In this document: piece by piece, positions 13,960-25,514 of the stretch | Layout: every line of letters begins with the position of its first letter | Position numbering within the stretch: the stretch's first letter is position 1 | DNA from: Tubiluchus corallicola | Taxonomy: Eukaryota; Animalia; Priapulida | Length of the DNA: 64,000 bases | Reading direction: 5' to 3' | NCBI GenBank assembly: GCA_030141605.1 | Contig: JAQGDQ010000015.1 | Span: 744,001-808,000, forward strand | Translations under genes and position numbers: made by a program | Notes under the pieces: model-generated | Database searches by the model: none | What the model was told of the DNA's origin: nothing | The model's input: the letters and a program-made list of their open reading frames with translations, nothing else

Positions 13960-14400
13960 GTCTGCCCTTGCGACAAGTCTTGTGTACGGAGGGCTGGGGG
14001 CGCTAATGAGAGAGAGGCATACATGTTTCGTGTCACGTTCTTCGCGTGCAGTTCTTCTTGAGAAACTACCGGTCATCAACAGTAATCTGCATGCCGTAAA
14101 GTGCCAATGATTTTGGCTAAAACCAAACCATTCGTGGGAGAAATTTCTTGCCTTGTTCTGGCAGGCTATGGGCGAATTTATTGGCGACTATGGGCGACTG
14201 TCTGTTTAAAATGTGGTCATAAATCTCGCTGCCGACCTAGCTTTTCCTGCCGGCTGCCATGTAGCGGAAGGGATGACGTCACGCGGATAAGAAATGGTTA
14301 CCGAGTTTTGTGTCCCGATTTACTTCCGGTTCCGGCGACTGAGCTTTTACTTGTCGCCAGGAAGCCAGCGATTATTTGTAATTAGACATTATTACGCGAC
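13960..14400. promoter_or_regulatory. Intronic CpG-rich regulatory element (CRE plus tandem ETS sites)
   Basis: GCGGAAG, TGACGTCA at 14274, ACTTCCGGTTCCGG at 14322; ~460 bp upstream of the first visible p85 exon. Confidence 0.55.
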
Positions 14401-14858
14401 AAAAAGAGTGCGTAGGAGTTGTACAGTCTTATGAATAGGCTGTTCTAAATATAAACTCTTACTTTCCTTCACATGCTCCTAATCGTCCTCCTAATGTCAG
14501 ATGAAGTTATCCTCTTGCTGTGACAGTGACAGGGCATTTGTCCAAAACAGGCGAGACTGCATAACGTGATTTCAGCGTAGGCCACTATGTTAATTCGATT
14601 TATTAGAGCAACGTGATTTTATTTTTAGCAAGCAGATACGTTGTAATATAATTTGGCAATAGTTTGATATCAGAATTGACTTTGAGTTAACCATTCATGT
14701 ACACTCGGTAATCCATTTTTTAATGTTTTTAGAAACGCGTATTAAAATGTGGTAAAATGTTTGTATTGAAAATGAAATAATGTTAGGAAAACCGTGTCAG
14801 TTTGGTGAAATCTCCGCTAGGTGTTCAACAGGTTAACATGTAATTATTGTTTTTACAG

Positions 14859-14987
14859 GTGTGAATAAAGTGGACATCAATCAATTTGAGATACAGGTAC
14901 TAGGTGGGATACTGAAGCGCTTTTTGCGAGAACTTCCAAATCCAGTCATTCCCTATGAACTTTATGATAGCTTTATTGAAGCTGCAA
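14859..14987 (+). CDS. PIK3R1: PI3K class IA regulatory subunit (p85-type), first visible coding exon, RhoGAP/BH domain (upstream exons outside window)
   Basis: ttttacag acceptor, A|GTGAGT donor; encodes VLGGILKRFLRELPNPVIPYELYDSFIEAA, a typical RhoGAP 'LK.FLRELP.P' motif; phase 1-1. Symbol denotes an invertebrate co-ortholog of PIK3R1/2/3. Confidence 0.9.
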
Positions 14988-15478
14988 GTGAGTATTACCA
15001 TGTCCAACACAATCTTACTGATTGTTCTTTCATGTATAGAAAATTCTTCTATGTAGCAGTTTAGTGGGTGTTAGAAGACAAGTCCGTCAAAGGGAAAGTC
15101 AATGTATGTGTATGAAGATTCTACTCATTTGACGATTTGTTCTCTTTGTCCCGTCAAGGCTGAAGCTTCTGTGAAGAATAAAACAGGTTTTAATATAAGT
15201 ATAATCTAAATAAAAAATAATCATACGTTTCATACGGTTTTGTAACCGGAAAACTAAAAAAGTTAAACATAGTACAGGCTGTTGCGCTTTTCGTCCACCA
15301 TGCACATCTGTGTAGTGTAATCCCAGTTCAATCCACTAAATTAGTAGTTTCTTGGCTTATTTTATTTGTTCACTCTTCTTTAGTTCTTTAGTTTTTAAAA
15401 TATGTAACTAAGCTGAGTAGTTTTTAAAATATGTAACTAAGATGAGTTATGGACTACGTACATATCAGCTCATTGGGG

Positions 15479-16144
15479 CACAATTTCGAAAGGGGTGTTG
15501 CATCAACAAATTACAGTCAGTTTACTGATCTTTTTCTCCTCTGCTGGAAGAAATTCTGCTTCCTGCTGTAGTCATATCACAATTTGTACTGAATATTAAT
15601 TACTAACTACTGAATTTAATATTAATATCAATTATTAATAATTAATATTGATTATTTGTATTAGTCATACTTAATTAATATTACATTTGTTAAATTAACT
15701 TGTTGCCGCAGATGTTTGCTGTCAAACCATTTAAACTATCTTGTTTGCCAAAAAGTTCAGCAAAAAGTAATTTGATTCAGCTTTTTTCCATTGCTGTGAT
15801 TCACAATTTAGAAAGGGGTGTTGCATCAACAAATTACAGTCAGTTAACTCTCTTATTCTCACATTTTACTGATCTTTTTCTCCTCTGCTGGAAGAAATTC
15901 TGCTTCCTGCTGTAGTCATATCACAATTTGTACTGAATATTAATTACTAACTACTGAATTTAATATTAATATCAATTATTAATAATTAATATTGATTATT
16001 TGTATTAGTCATACTTAATTAATATTACATTTGTTAAATTAACTTGTTGCCGCAGATGTTTGCTGTCAAACCATTTAAACTATCTTGTTTGTCAAAAAGT
16101 TCAGCAAAAAGTAATTTGATTCAGCTTTTTTCCATTGCTGTGAT
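15479..16144. repeat. Tandem duplication, ~322/343-bp copies
   Basis: Copy 1 15479-15800, copy 2 15802-16144; they differ by a ~21-nt indel and 2 substitutions. Confidence 0.95.
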
Positions 16145-16439
16145 GCTGCTATTGTTACATGGGTTGCTATAAACACTGGAAAAAGGATGGATGCTTTGTT
16201 GTACTGACGTCTTTACAGGATGAGCACTATTAAATAGTGGATTACTAGCTAAAAAGATCAGTCATCTACTTTAGTGAAAGTACTGAAATATTTGAATGTT
16301 CTGTCACTTGGACCTATTTCTGATTTGCATGCAAATTTTATTATGCCTGTACCTGTACAGTGCACAGGTCATGTTAGATGTGCTGTCACTGTCACTTATA
16401 GAGGTTTTTCTAAAGTGTAGCGGACCGAAGAATGACATG

Positions 16440-16624
16440 ATGTCATTCTTTTTTGCAGAAATTCCCAATGACCTGGACTGTACAAAGGCGCTGTCGAAAC
16501 TTCTCGACCAGCTCCCTCCAGCGCACTCTAATCATGTCATTCTTTTTTGCAGAAATTCCCAATGACCTGGACTGTACAAAGGCGCTGTCGAAACTTCTCG
16601 ACCAGCTTCCTCCAGCGCACTCTA
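16440..16624. repeat. 94-bp-period tandem duplication spanning a p85 splice acceptor
   Basis: atgtcattcttttttgcagAAATTCCC...GCACTCTA occurs twice; one C/T difference. Confidence 0.95.
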
Positions 16625-16760
16625 GTGTGCTGAGGTTTCTGATGGAACATTTCTGTCGTGTTTGCTTGCACCAGCACTCGAAGGGAGACAAAGCGCCACC
16701 TACGAAACTAGTACAAGTGTTCGCCAACATACTGTTGCGGCCAAGTTGGGATCGAATCTC
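16553..16760 (+). CDS. PIK3R1: p85 exon, RhoGAP/BH C-terminal part
   Basis: tcttttttgcag acceptor (second copy of a 94-bp duplication), TC|GTATGT donor; LSKLLDQLPPAHSSVLRFLMEHFCRV...LVQVFANILLRP. Confidence 0.88.
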
Positions 16761-17859
16761 GTATGTACACGTATTTTTGTTTGAACAAACAATTTAGACA
16801 CAAAATTGTTGTTATCTGCATTCCATAGCAGTCCGATATTTTGACCACCTTAATTATATTTTACCTGCTACTTGATCTAAATCAATCAGCCACTGGTTTA
16901 CTTGCAGGTGGGTAATATCTTTACCTACACTTAAAATCAACTAAAACTGGATTGAAAACTGTACTTGCTTCAACCAGTTCTTGTGTGGGTGTATTTCCCT
17001 AATTACTGCCCAGTAAGAGCTTTGCTCTTTGAGCCGGTTATCCTTATCGCCTCTGCTGATCTTTTCTTCAAAGAATATGTACATAAATTGCAGTCCCAGT
17101 TCAAATTTGTTTTTTGGTAGTTTTCCAGAACTTAGTAAGCATTTTTGGAAGCTTAGAAAGGCTTAGCATTCTTTCAGGAAGTTATGTTGCTAAGTTAAAC
17201 ACATTTCCTGAGCTAAAATTAAAATTGCGATATCTCAGTTTTAAAGGAAATGCGAAATGTAACTAGAGTGTCATTCTTTTAACTGTTTATTTATTGAGCT
17301 GTTTATGTTTTTATGCTGCTAGATAAGTAAATAGTAGCAATTGCATTGTTCTTCTTGTTCTTCTGACATTTTCAACACCATATTTTGGAAAAGGTTAACT
17401 TCAGATGTGAACTATTCATGAACTTCTTATCTTTATGGAAATTCCTGTGATGTTTCCTGCATTTTTAGCAGCGATCATATAAATAATGGTTAGCCTTGTA
17501 GTAGAGCGTATTCATAAACTGGTAATGCCAGCCAAGTTGCCAAATAATTCCTGATTATTTTTCTTGTCTAAGTTTATGTTCACATTTTGAAATTGTGTTA
17601 AATTATGCTGTCGTTCGGTCACCGTTCATGTCGTTTCACGTAAATTGCTTGAAGGGGCTATAGTTCTCACAACATATTTTTTCCTTAAATTACGTAATTG
17701 AAAATGTATTTCATGACATAACTTTACACTCACATGCAGTTGCAATAGTTATGTGCAAACACAGTTTTTTCTCCCCTAAACAACAGCAGTCATTTTTTCC
17801 TATTATTACTCTCGAAGTAGTTTTTATTTTTAAATACACATACTTTTCATTCTTTTCAG

Positions 17860-17957
17860 TGAGGTTGTTAACAATAGCGAAGCACATATCAGAATATTAG
17901 AGTTACTACTGTCCAAGAGCAAGTTATACGGAGACATGCCGGACATAGGTGCACCCG
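17860..17957 (+). CDS. PIK3R1: p85 exon, end of BH domain
   Basis: tcttttcag acceptor, G|GTGAGT donor; EVVNNSEAHIRILELLLSKSKLYGDMPDIGAP; phases match neighbours. Confidence 0.85.
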
Positions 17958-18179
17958 GTGAGTGGAAAATGCACAAGTTCATAGAGCAAGGGGTTGTGTT
18001 AAAATATTTTTTGAGTCTTACATTTTCATATCCTACATATCGGTCATAAAGCTTAACTGCTGCGCAAATGTACTGCCTTAATTCAAGTAGCGCCTTGTAC
18101 ACTATTTTTGGTTACATTTTGAATTTGTGTCTAAACTTTTATATTTTTGGAATGGTGTGTAAATATTTGGTATTTTCAG

Positions 18180-18300
18180 AGCCACCACCAAGACCTCCAC
18201 GTCCTATGAAAGGTAGCAGTGGAGCTGGAAATGGAACGAATAATGTTTCTGCTGACCAAGACCTTCAAAATCAAGAGTGGTATTGGGGTGAAATCTCAAA
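18180..18300 (+). CDS. PIK3R1: p85 exon, second proline-rich region and start of nSH2
   Basis: EPPPRPPRPMK...LQNQEWYWGEISK (cf. p85 LQDAEWYWGDISR); tattttcag / GTAAGT. Confidence 0.95.
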
Positions 18301-18584
18301 GTAAGTTCATGCCTACCGACTCACATTAAACTTTAGCTTCAAGACTCATATTATTATGCTAACATTGTGGAATCATTTATTTGTTTCTCTGATTTTGTTG
18401 TTGCTCTTCTAGTTGTTGTTGTACTTCTAAATCATTCGCATAAATATTATTATGTTACCATTGTGGAATCATTTTTATTTGTTTCCCTGATTTTGGACAC
18501 TTTCTTAGCAACCACAGTCGCTGTACACTTCTAAATTATTTGTCTAAATATTTAATCGTGTCAGTGCTCACTTGATTGTTGTAG

Positions 18585-18686
18585 AGAGGAAGTAAATGAG
18601 AAAATGAGGAATACTTGTGATGGTACATTCCTAGTTAGAGATGCCTCCACCAAAAGTGACTATGGTGATTACACACTCACTGTCAG
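18585..18686 (+). CDS. PIK3R1: p85 exon, nSH2 core (FLVR)
   Basis: [34 protein letters not shown]; gttgtag / AG|GTAATA. Confidence 0.95.
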
Positions 18687-19106
18687 GTAATAAAAAAGCT
18701 GTTGTTTAAAAATCATTAACCAATGCCATCTCTTCTGTCATTAGTTTACTATGTTGTTCTTGTTCTTCTGCTTGAAGGACAGTGACAGTTTACAAAATTA
18801 TAGAAGGTTGGTTTCTTTCTTACCTGAGCACTTGGTTTTTCTTTGTAGTACAATGTCGTCCAGTCAGTGTTTTGAAAAAACTGTTAAAAAATGCAATAAT
18901 TGCAGAATTAAGCTGTCATAACTCATTTCGCTAAAGCTTTTAGAAAGGAAGAGTTACCCATTTTTTACAAACATTTCATAATCTATTATAATTAATTTGT
19001 GAAAATTTTGACAGTAAAAAACCTGCTGTGTTGCTGGTGAAGTTTCGTCGTATGAAATGTGCCAATTCTTGCTTGAAATCTGAATAGTGCTTTATTTTTT
19101 CGTTAG

Positions 19107-19302
19107 GAAGGGAAGCGCAAACAAGTTAATTAAGATCTATCATCGCAATGGCAAGTATGGTTTCACTGACCCTAATCGAAGAGTGGCTGATCCGCAGCGT
19201 TTTGACTCGGTTGTCGAACTTGTGCAGCATTTTCGAGAGAACTCATTGGCTCAGTACAACAAACAGCTTGACATTAAACTCCTTTACCCTCTGTCAAAAT
19301 CT
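19107..19302 (+). CDS. PIK3R1: p85 exon, nSH2 C-terminal half
   Basis: [19 protein letters not shown]...[31 protein letters not shown]; ttttcgttag / GTAAGT. Confidence 0.95.
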
Positions 19303-19509
19303 GTAAGTTTTTGCGAAATTTGGCTTGTTTTGGTATGTAAAATTGCCAAAGGATTTCAGAAAAACAAATTGAAACTGTTATTTTAATACTATTTAAATGA
19401 CTTAGGGATTTCAGCATTGCTTTCCACGTTATATAGTGGTATCACTACTAATTCATTCTTTTGTTATAGGTATTAGTTTGATCATCATTTTCGATGTTCT
19501 TCATTTCAG

Positions 19510-19763
19510 ATGTTCAATCCAGAATGTGTGGATGAGAATGATACCGATTACCTGAAGTCACGGTTACTGGAAATCAATCGTCACTACCTCCTTTTATCAC
19601 AAGACTTTGACCAGTATTCTGATGACTATAGCCGCATCTCGCAACAGATACAGCTAAAGACGCAGGCTCTGCAAGCATTCGAGGAAACAGTCAAATTTTT
19701 TGAGGAGCAGCTGAAACTTGTCGATAAACATTCGCAAGATGCACAGAGAGACGAAATGATAAA
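19510..19763 (+). CDS. PIK3R1: p85 exon, iSH2 coiled coil helix 1
   Basis: FDQYSDDYSRISQQIQLKTQALQAFEETVKFFEEQ (cf. p85 [22 protein letters not shown]); tcatttcag / GTATGT. Confidence 0.93.
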
Positions 19764-20489
19764 GTATGTTTTTCGCTTGTTTCAAGCTAATGTCTAGTTC
19801 ACGTCCATGTTAGTATACTCACAGTTGAAGCTTCGCTTGTTTTGAATTAAATTGCAGAAGATATTAGCAGTATGTGACTGACTTTGTGGCATATGTTTAC
19901 AAGTTGATTTTTTTACTTTGACATTGTTATCAAGTTTGTTTTTGCTTCATTCATTTTCTTAGTCTCGTGGAATGGTGAATTAATGATGATGGATAAAAGC
20001 AAAAGTTTAATCCGTCAAAATTTTGTAATTTTTGGTCTTTGTAAATTTACTCATTATTTTGTCATTCACATTTACTTGTTAGCCGGAACTAGCAGCAAAC
20101 CCGCTTTTCTTGTAAACAACTTTTTTATGAAAATTACGCAAGCGGTAAATCCAGAATCACTCATATTTTCACTTAATTACAAATATCGATGTGGCTTCTC
20201 CTTTGGCTTTTTGCCATACTGCCTGTCTATTGATTAAGATTACTGCTTGCTGAGCTGTAAACAAGTCTTTGTAGAGTATTAATGTAGAGGAGCCATCTAC
20301 AAGAAAATCGAGTTAAATGTTGAATTTGCTATATTATTTACAATAACATTTTTAGCGTCTTGTTTTACAGGATTTTTTGATAATCAGATAGTAGGTTTCG
20401 GTCTTGCTACAACAATCAGTATAATGCAGTTGAGTACTGGTTTTCACCCTGCAGTGCGCCAAATTATATAAAAAAACTGTGGCAACTGT

Positions 20490-21078
20490 TAGGGGTGTAT
20501 TAGATCCAGTTACAGATTCCAAGATCCGACAGAAATGTTCTTTGGATTTTGCTCTGCTTGTATTTCTATTTTTTATGTGTAAAATAACTGACTGTGAAAA
20601 TAATTAGAGCTGGTAAAAAATTTTCATAACAGTTTAATAATTACCCAAATAGTATTAATTTTTAAAAAAATGAAGGATTTTTATTAAATTCTTCAGAAAT
20701 TTACGAAAGTTTCGCTTAGTTTTTATGCCACCATGCTTGTAGCTCAAGCAATATCAGCAATCTTCATGCTGTAGTTCCTTGCAACTAGTAGCGCTATTGC
20801 TGCAAAAATTTCTGCTAAAAGTTTAGAGCCATCTACTTCCAATAAAAGCATAGTTTGGCAGTTTTTTAGCTTAAACCAAGCGCGGTACAAGTTTTCAAAA
20901 TTACAGTACATCAGCCTTTGAAGTGTTTCTGTTTAAAATTACTCAGTGACCATGAAAATGGACAAACGATGCCACCACATGAACAAATGAAATATTTTGT
21001 TAAATTTACGTTAAATTATAGATCCGGAACCCGGCATATTTGGTCCAGATCCAGCAAAACTTGATCTGTGCATCCCTA
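20490..21078. mobile_element. Old hAT-type non-autonomous element
   Basis: Ends TAGGGGTGTA / TGCATCCCTA, subterminal GATCC repeats, degenerate 8-bp TSD gcaactgt / gccattgt. Confidence 0.65.
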
Positions 21079-21242
21079 GCCATTGTATTTAGAGAAAGAA
21101 ATTTAATTTTTGAATCTTTCGTACAAAATTGTAAAACACGGGGAAATTATATTTGCCAAAATACTGTTCATTTCATTTCTTCAAACAGTGCACTTGAACT
21201 CATCGCCAATTTTTTCAATATCAATTTCAACTTTTGTTGCAG

Positions 21243-21419
21243 GATTACAGAAAATTACAATTTGTTAGTGTCACGACTGGAAGCCATTAAGCAAAGTTCA
21301 GATGATCTAAAGACAGAGTTGAAGCGGGAGAACTCCCGAAGCAGGTTGTTAGATATGGAAATGAACAGTCTAAAACCACAGATTATTCAACTGTATAAGC
21401 AGCGCGAAGAATACATTAA
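21243..21419 (+). CDS. PIK3R1: p85 exon, iSH2 helix 2
   Basis: ITENYNLLVSRL...LDMEMNSLKPQIIQLYKQREEYIK (cf. MNSIKPDLIQLRK); ttgttgcag / GTAAGT. Confidence 0.93.
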
Positions 21420-21655
21420 GTAAGTGTTCGTGATCAAATTTTCTCCTGAAATTAATAGTCATGATTCTTAGCCACATGTGTGTAATTCATATATAATATA
21501 ACATAGAATTTGAATCTAAGAATGTCCTTGATTGTACTTTCTGTAAATGTAACTGTACAAAATGTTGTAACCGTTTTGCAAAAGCTAATAAACCAATTAT
21601 GTACGTTATCATTTGAAAATCAAAGCTTGAATTTTTTTATATTTGTTTTTTAAAG

Positions 21656-21760
21656 GTTGTTGGTGCGGTCAGGTGTAACACAGCAAGTCGTAAATACCTG
21701 GTTGGCAGAGGCATCCGATCACCTTGGTTCCCATCATGACCCGTCAGTTAGCGACCCTGG
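21656..21760 (+). CDS. PIK3R1: p85 exon, iSH2 helix 3 and linker
   Basis: LLVRSGVTQQVVNTWLAEASDHLGSHHDPSVSDP; tttttaaag / GG|GTAAGT; phase 2-2. Confidence 0.88.
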
Positions 21761-22307
21761 GTAAGTTACTCACTTAATATTGTTGATGATGTTAGTAATA
21801 GCACTAATAGTAGTAATGCGTGATAACAGTAGAAATAATAGTAATCATAATGATAATGTTAACATACTTTTTCATTATGTCACTGTAACATTAACCAAAG
21901 TCAGTATCCAAAATCATACGAATTCTGCTTTCTTTTTGCAAAAACCGATTACAGATAATGGAAACTATGGGTTTTTTGTTGATTGTAGCTTCATTCGTTT
22001 TTTTTTTAAATTTTTGTCTGCTCATGTCCTTAACTGGAGTTTTTTGTTGCCTGTTAAATACCATAGCAGACTGTGATATAGCATGATCAGCTATGTGGTC
22101 ACGGCGTGTGCTTGGCTGTAAAATTAAGCAGAGTTGAACCCAATATGGAATGGATGTTTTTATAACTAGGAAAAAAAATTTCTGGGCAGTTGTCTGCCAT
22201 GTGGATCTAGGTTGGTGGCTATGATACCTCTGCTCGATACCCATAATGGTGACTAACAATATGTACTCTTTCCCAGGCAAATGTGTAAATATTTATGATT
22301 TTTATAG

Positions 22308-22490
22308 AGTGTATGTAGTGCGCGATGTTGACCCATTGCCGCATTTTGAGGAATCTACATGGCTGGTTCTTGTTGACCGCAATAATGTGGAAGTCGATCG
22401 CAACAAAGCTGAGGAGCTTTTAAAAGGAAAACAAAAAGGAACTTTTCTTATACGTAAAGGCCGTACTGGAGAATATGTTCTTTCTGTTGT
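22308..22490 (+). CDS. PIK3R1: p85 exon, cSH2 N-terminal half
   Basis: LPHFEESTW...RNKAEELLKGKQKGTFLIRK; tttttatag / GTATGT. Confidence 0.93.
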
Positions 22491-22787
22491 GTATGTACTT
22501 CTAATTTGCTTTGTTAAAAAAAGTCAAACTTGTTTTTCTAGAGATTCTGCACTTGAGCATTTATTAAACATCATCCATTAATTGCCTTCTAAATTTTTTG
22601 CCTGTTTATTTATCATAATCAGTAAAACAATTGGGTACAGTTCAAGTTTAAAATTGCTATTAATTGTCAGTACTTGCCATTGTAAGCTGTTGAGCATACT
22701 ACAACGCTTTTGCCAAAATCTAGAACACAATTGGGATTACAAAAGAAGGATATTATTTATTTGTTCACAGAATTGTCTTTTTTTCAG

Positions 22788-22989
22788 TCGACTCGTGACC
22801 AATGCAAAGTGCTTCATTGAGCATTGTATCATCAAGAAAACCGAGCAAGGTTATGGATTTGCAGAACCGTTCACGATTCATCAGAGTTTACGAGATTTAG
22901 TCTTGCATTATCAAGAGAACTCATTAGCCGAACATAACGACTCTTTGCAGACAACACTAAAATACCCAGTGTATGCTTCACCTCATTGA
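22788..22989 (+). CDS. PIK3R1: p85 last coding exon, cSH2 C-terminal half, TGA stop
   Basis: [17 protein letters not shown]...[30 protein letters not shown]; tttttttcag acceptor. Confidence 0.95.
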
Positions 22990-25170
22990 AAGTAACCACA
23001 AAGTGTTTACTGCATGAAAATTCATGTACATTCGTCACATCAGACGATTTTTGCGAGCATTGTGTGTGATAACTTTCATTATGGAGTCAGAGTGTCGATG
23101 AAATCAGCACAAGCGTCTTATGATTTAGTGTGATATTTTTTGTGACGGTGATGTAACAGACCTCTGAGACTAACAAGTGAGGACCTTCTTGTACTTGTAA
23201 TTATCGCGAAAGAGGTTCTTGATGAAATCTGTGTGAAGAATGAAACAGCTTATTGAAATCTAATGATTCAGCAATTGGCCTATTAAAAACTGTAGATTAT
23301 TAATTTTGAAACACAGTATATTAGTTTGTAGTTTAGTAGTAAAGGATTTATGAATTTATAAACAAACAGTACTTTGGCTAAGGTAGTGTTGTGTATAGTC
23401 ATTTAAACTGCAACGTAAATTTTTATCAGTGTATGTGAACTTAATGTTTGCTGTCTTTGTTTAGTATGTTCGTATTACAGAGTAATCGAGCATTTGTAGA
23501 AGCTAGATGTAACTACATTTCTGTGCTATTTTGTTTATGTATGGGTTCCACATCTAACAAAAGTCTTTCTCGAAATACAAATGTATTTTTGTAGGACAGT
23601 AGTTTCCGCATTAAACAAGCTACAGTTTGTCTAGGTTTACCTAATGTCATTTGAATACAAAGTTTTTCTAAGGAAACACCTAATATAATTGTAATGCTTA
23701 CATAGCTTTTATAGTCATAATTAGTTTTGATAACTAAATTAAACTGGGTTCATTTTAATCCAATAGTAATCACGTCTATTGTTGACAAACAAATAGTTAT
23801 AACTTAACAGACAAAATACAAATTTATTGAAAACGTTGTAAGATGAGCAGATCGGGTGGCCACAATCTGCATGCGTGCACGAAGTTGGTATTCTCAGTTC
23901 TGATTGATGTATATTTACACGAGTTAGCTGATGATTGTGTGCACATGTGTGATAAGCAGAGTTCAGTATAGTTTCTTATTGATTTATAAAATTTCGAATT
24001 TAAAAGTAATATATAGTTGATATCAGTGATGTGTCCTTTTCATATATGTATGTTGTAGCATTAAATAGTAAAAATCATGCAGTTCTGTATTTTCAAAGAA
24101 GAAATGAACTGATCTGCCCCTTCAACCGTAAAGGTAAACTATTAACAAGTCTGTAGTTAAAAAAACTACATTTTGTGCTGTTTTCAATACAATCATTTGA
24201 TTCAATGTAAAAGTGTTTTAATTTTGCAGAATTTTCTTTTAACTAGTTCTTTAAACTTTATTTTATAATTATATTTAGTTTTGACATTGGGAAGCTGCTG
24301 TTTTTGCAGGGTACAGTGTATCCCATAAATTTTCTTTCTAGCATATTTGTATATATTGGCATTGTGATAATTACCGATTCGTTTTAATTAGTTTTGTCAT
24401 TGTAAAATTTATTTTGTGTGCTCTGTGTGTCAGTGTTTTCTTCTACTAAATGCTTGTCATGCTCAAATTATCTCGCATGTGATGTCAGTGTTTTTTTCAG
24501 TAGCAATCAAATTATTGCTAACATGCATGTTCACTTCCCAAAATCAACATCATATGTTGTAAAGTGTTGTAAAAGTATTTGCATACAAAAATTCCTTTCT
24601 GTGTACTGACATCTGCAATTTCAATAAATGTAGTTGTTAAGCTTTTACTGATGCTTGAACATTGTAAATGTACAATAGTATTTACCACGGGAATGCGATT
24701 GTTGTGGTAGTCTGAAAGAGCAGAAAGCACTATTTTATAGTAAAAAATTGTTTTGTACATATTGGCTATAGACGGTGCAATGTATCGATTATTATAGTGG
24801 CGTCTTGATCACTGGTTTTGAATTTACATTGTGAGCTGAACTTATTGTGCGGTGCGACAAATTTAATTTGTCACGTTTTTATAAGTATTATTTTGGGTGA
24901 TGTAGGAATCAAAATCATATACTTTGAAATTCTTCCTCAAATTGTAACTCATTTAGAACTAAACAGCCAAGTCATATTTCATCTAATTGCTTTTACGTAC
25001 CATTTATTTATTCTGTAAAATTTGGATAATCAGTATTCCTCAGTATTACGTTTCGTCATTAAGATCTTGTTTCTGAAAAGAGCATGTACTGAAACAATTT
25101 GATTTTGAAAAAGTGTAAATTTTGTTACTGGGGAAGTAAATAAAATTGCATTTAAATGTTTAAAATGTTT
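22990..25170 (+). other. Probable ~2.2 kb 3' UTR of the p85 gene
   Basis: U/AU-rich, no recognisable protein; AATAAA at 24623 and 25139, the latter followed by a T-rich downstream element. Confidence 0.5.
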
Positions 25171-25500
25171 GTTTTTTATTTTAGTTTGCTTTCAAAACTT
25201 ATGCACTTGAAATTCCTAAAAAGAAAATGAACTGCAAAACATTTTGAAGCTTGAACCAACCCTGAACTGTTTTAATTTGAAAAACATCTGCTCCTACGCA
25301 AGCTGTTTTTATAATTATGATAAGATGATTTGAAATGATGTGACAGTAGCAGAAAAATGTAAACATAACACAGTTCAGAGAATGAATAGCTTTGTCGTAT
25401 CGTTGCAATTGTCTAAAAGTGTGTAATTGCGTGCAGCAACAGGTACTCTAAAAAATAAAAATTAGAGTACTATGTAAGTATTCAAAAAATTATGACGTTT

Positions 25501-25514
25501 TAGCGCCATCTGTG
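25501..25514. promoter_or_regulatory. CTCF-like motif between the p85 3' end and the RRM gene
   Basis: TAGCGCCATCTGTG; ETS-like ACCGGAAG at ~25969 nearby. Confidence 0.35.
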
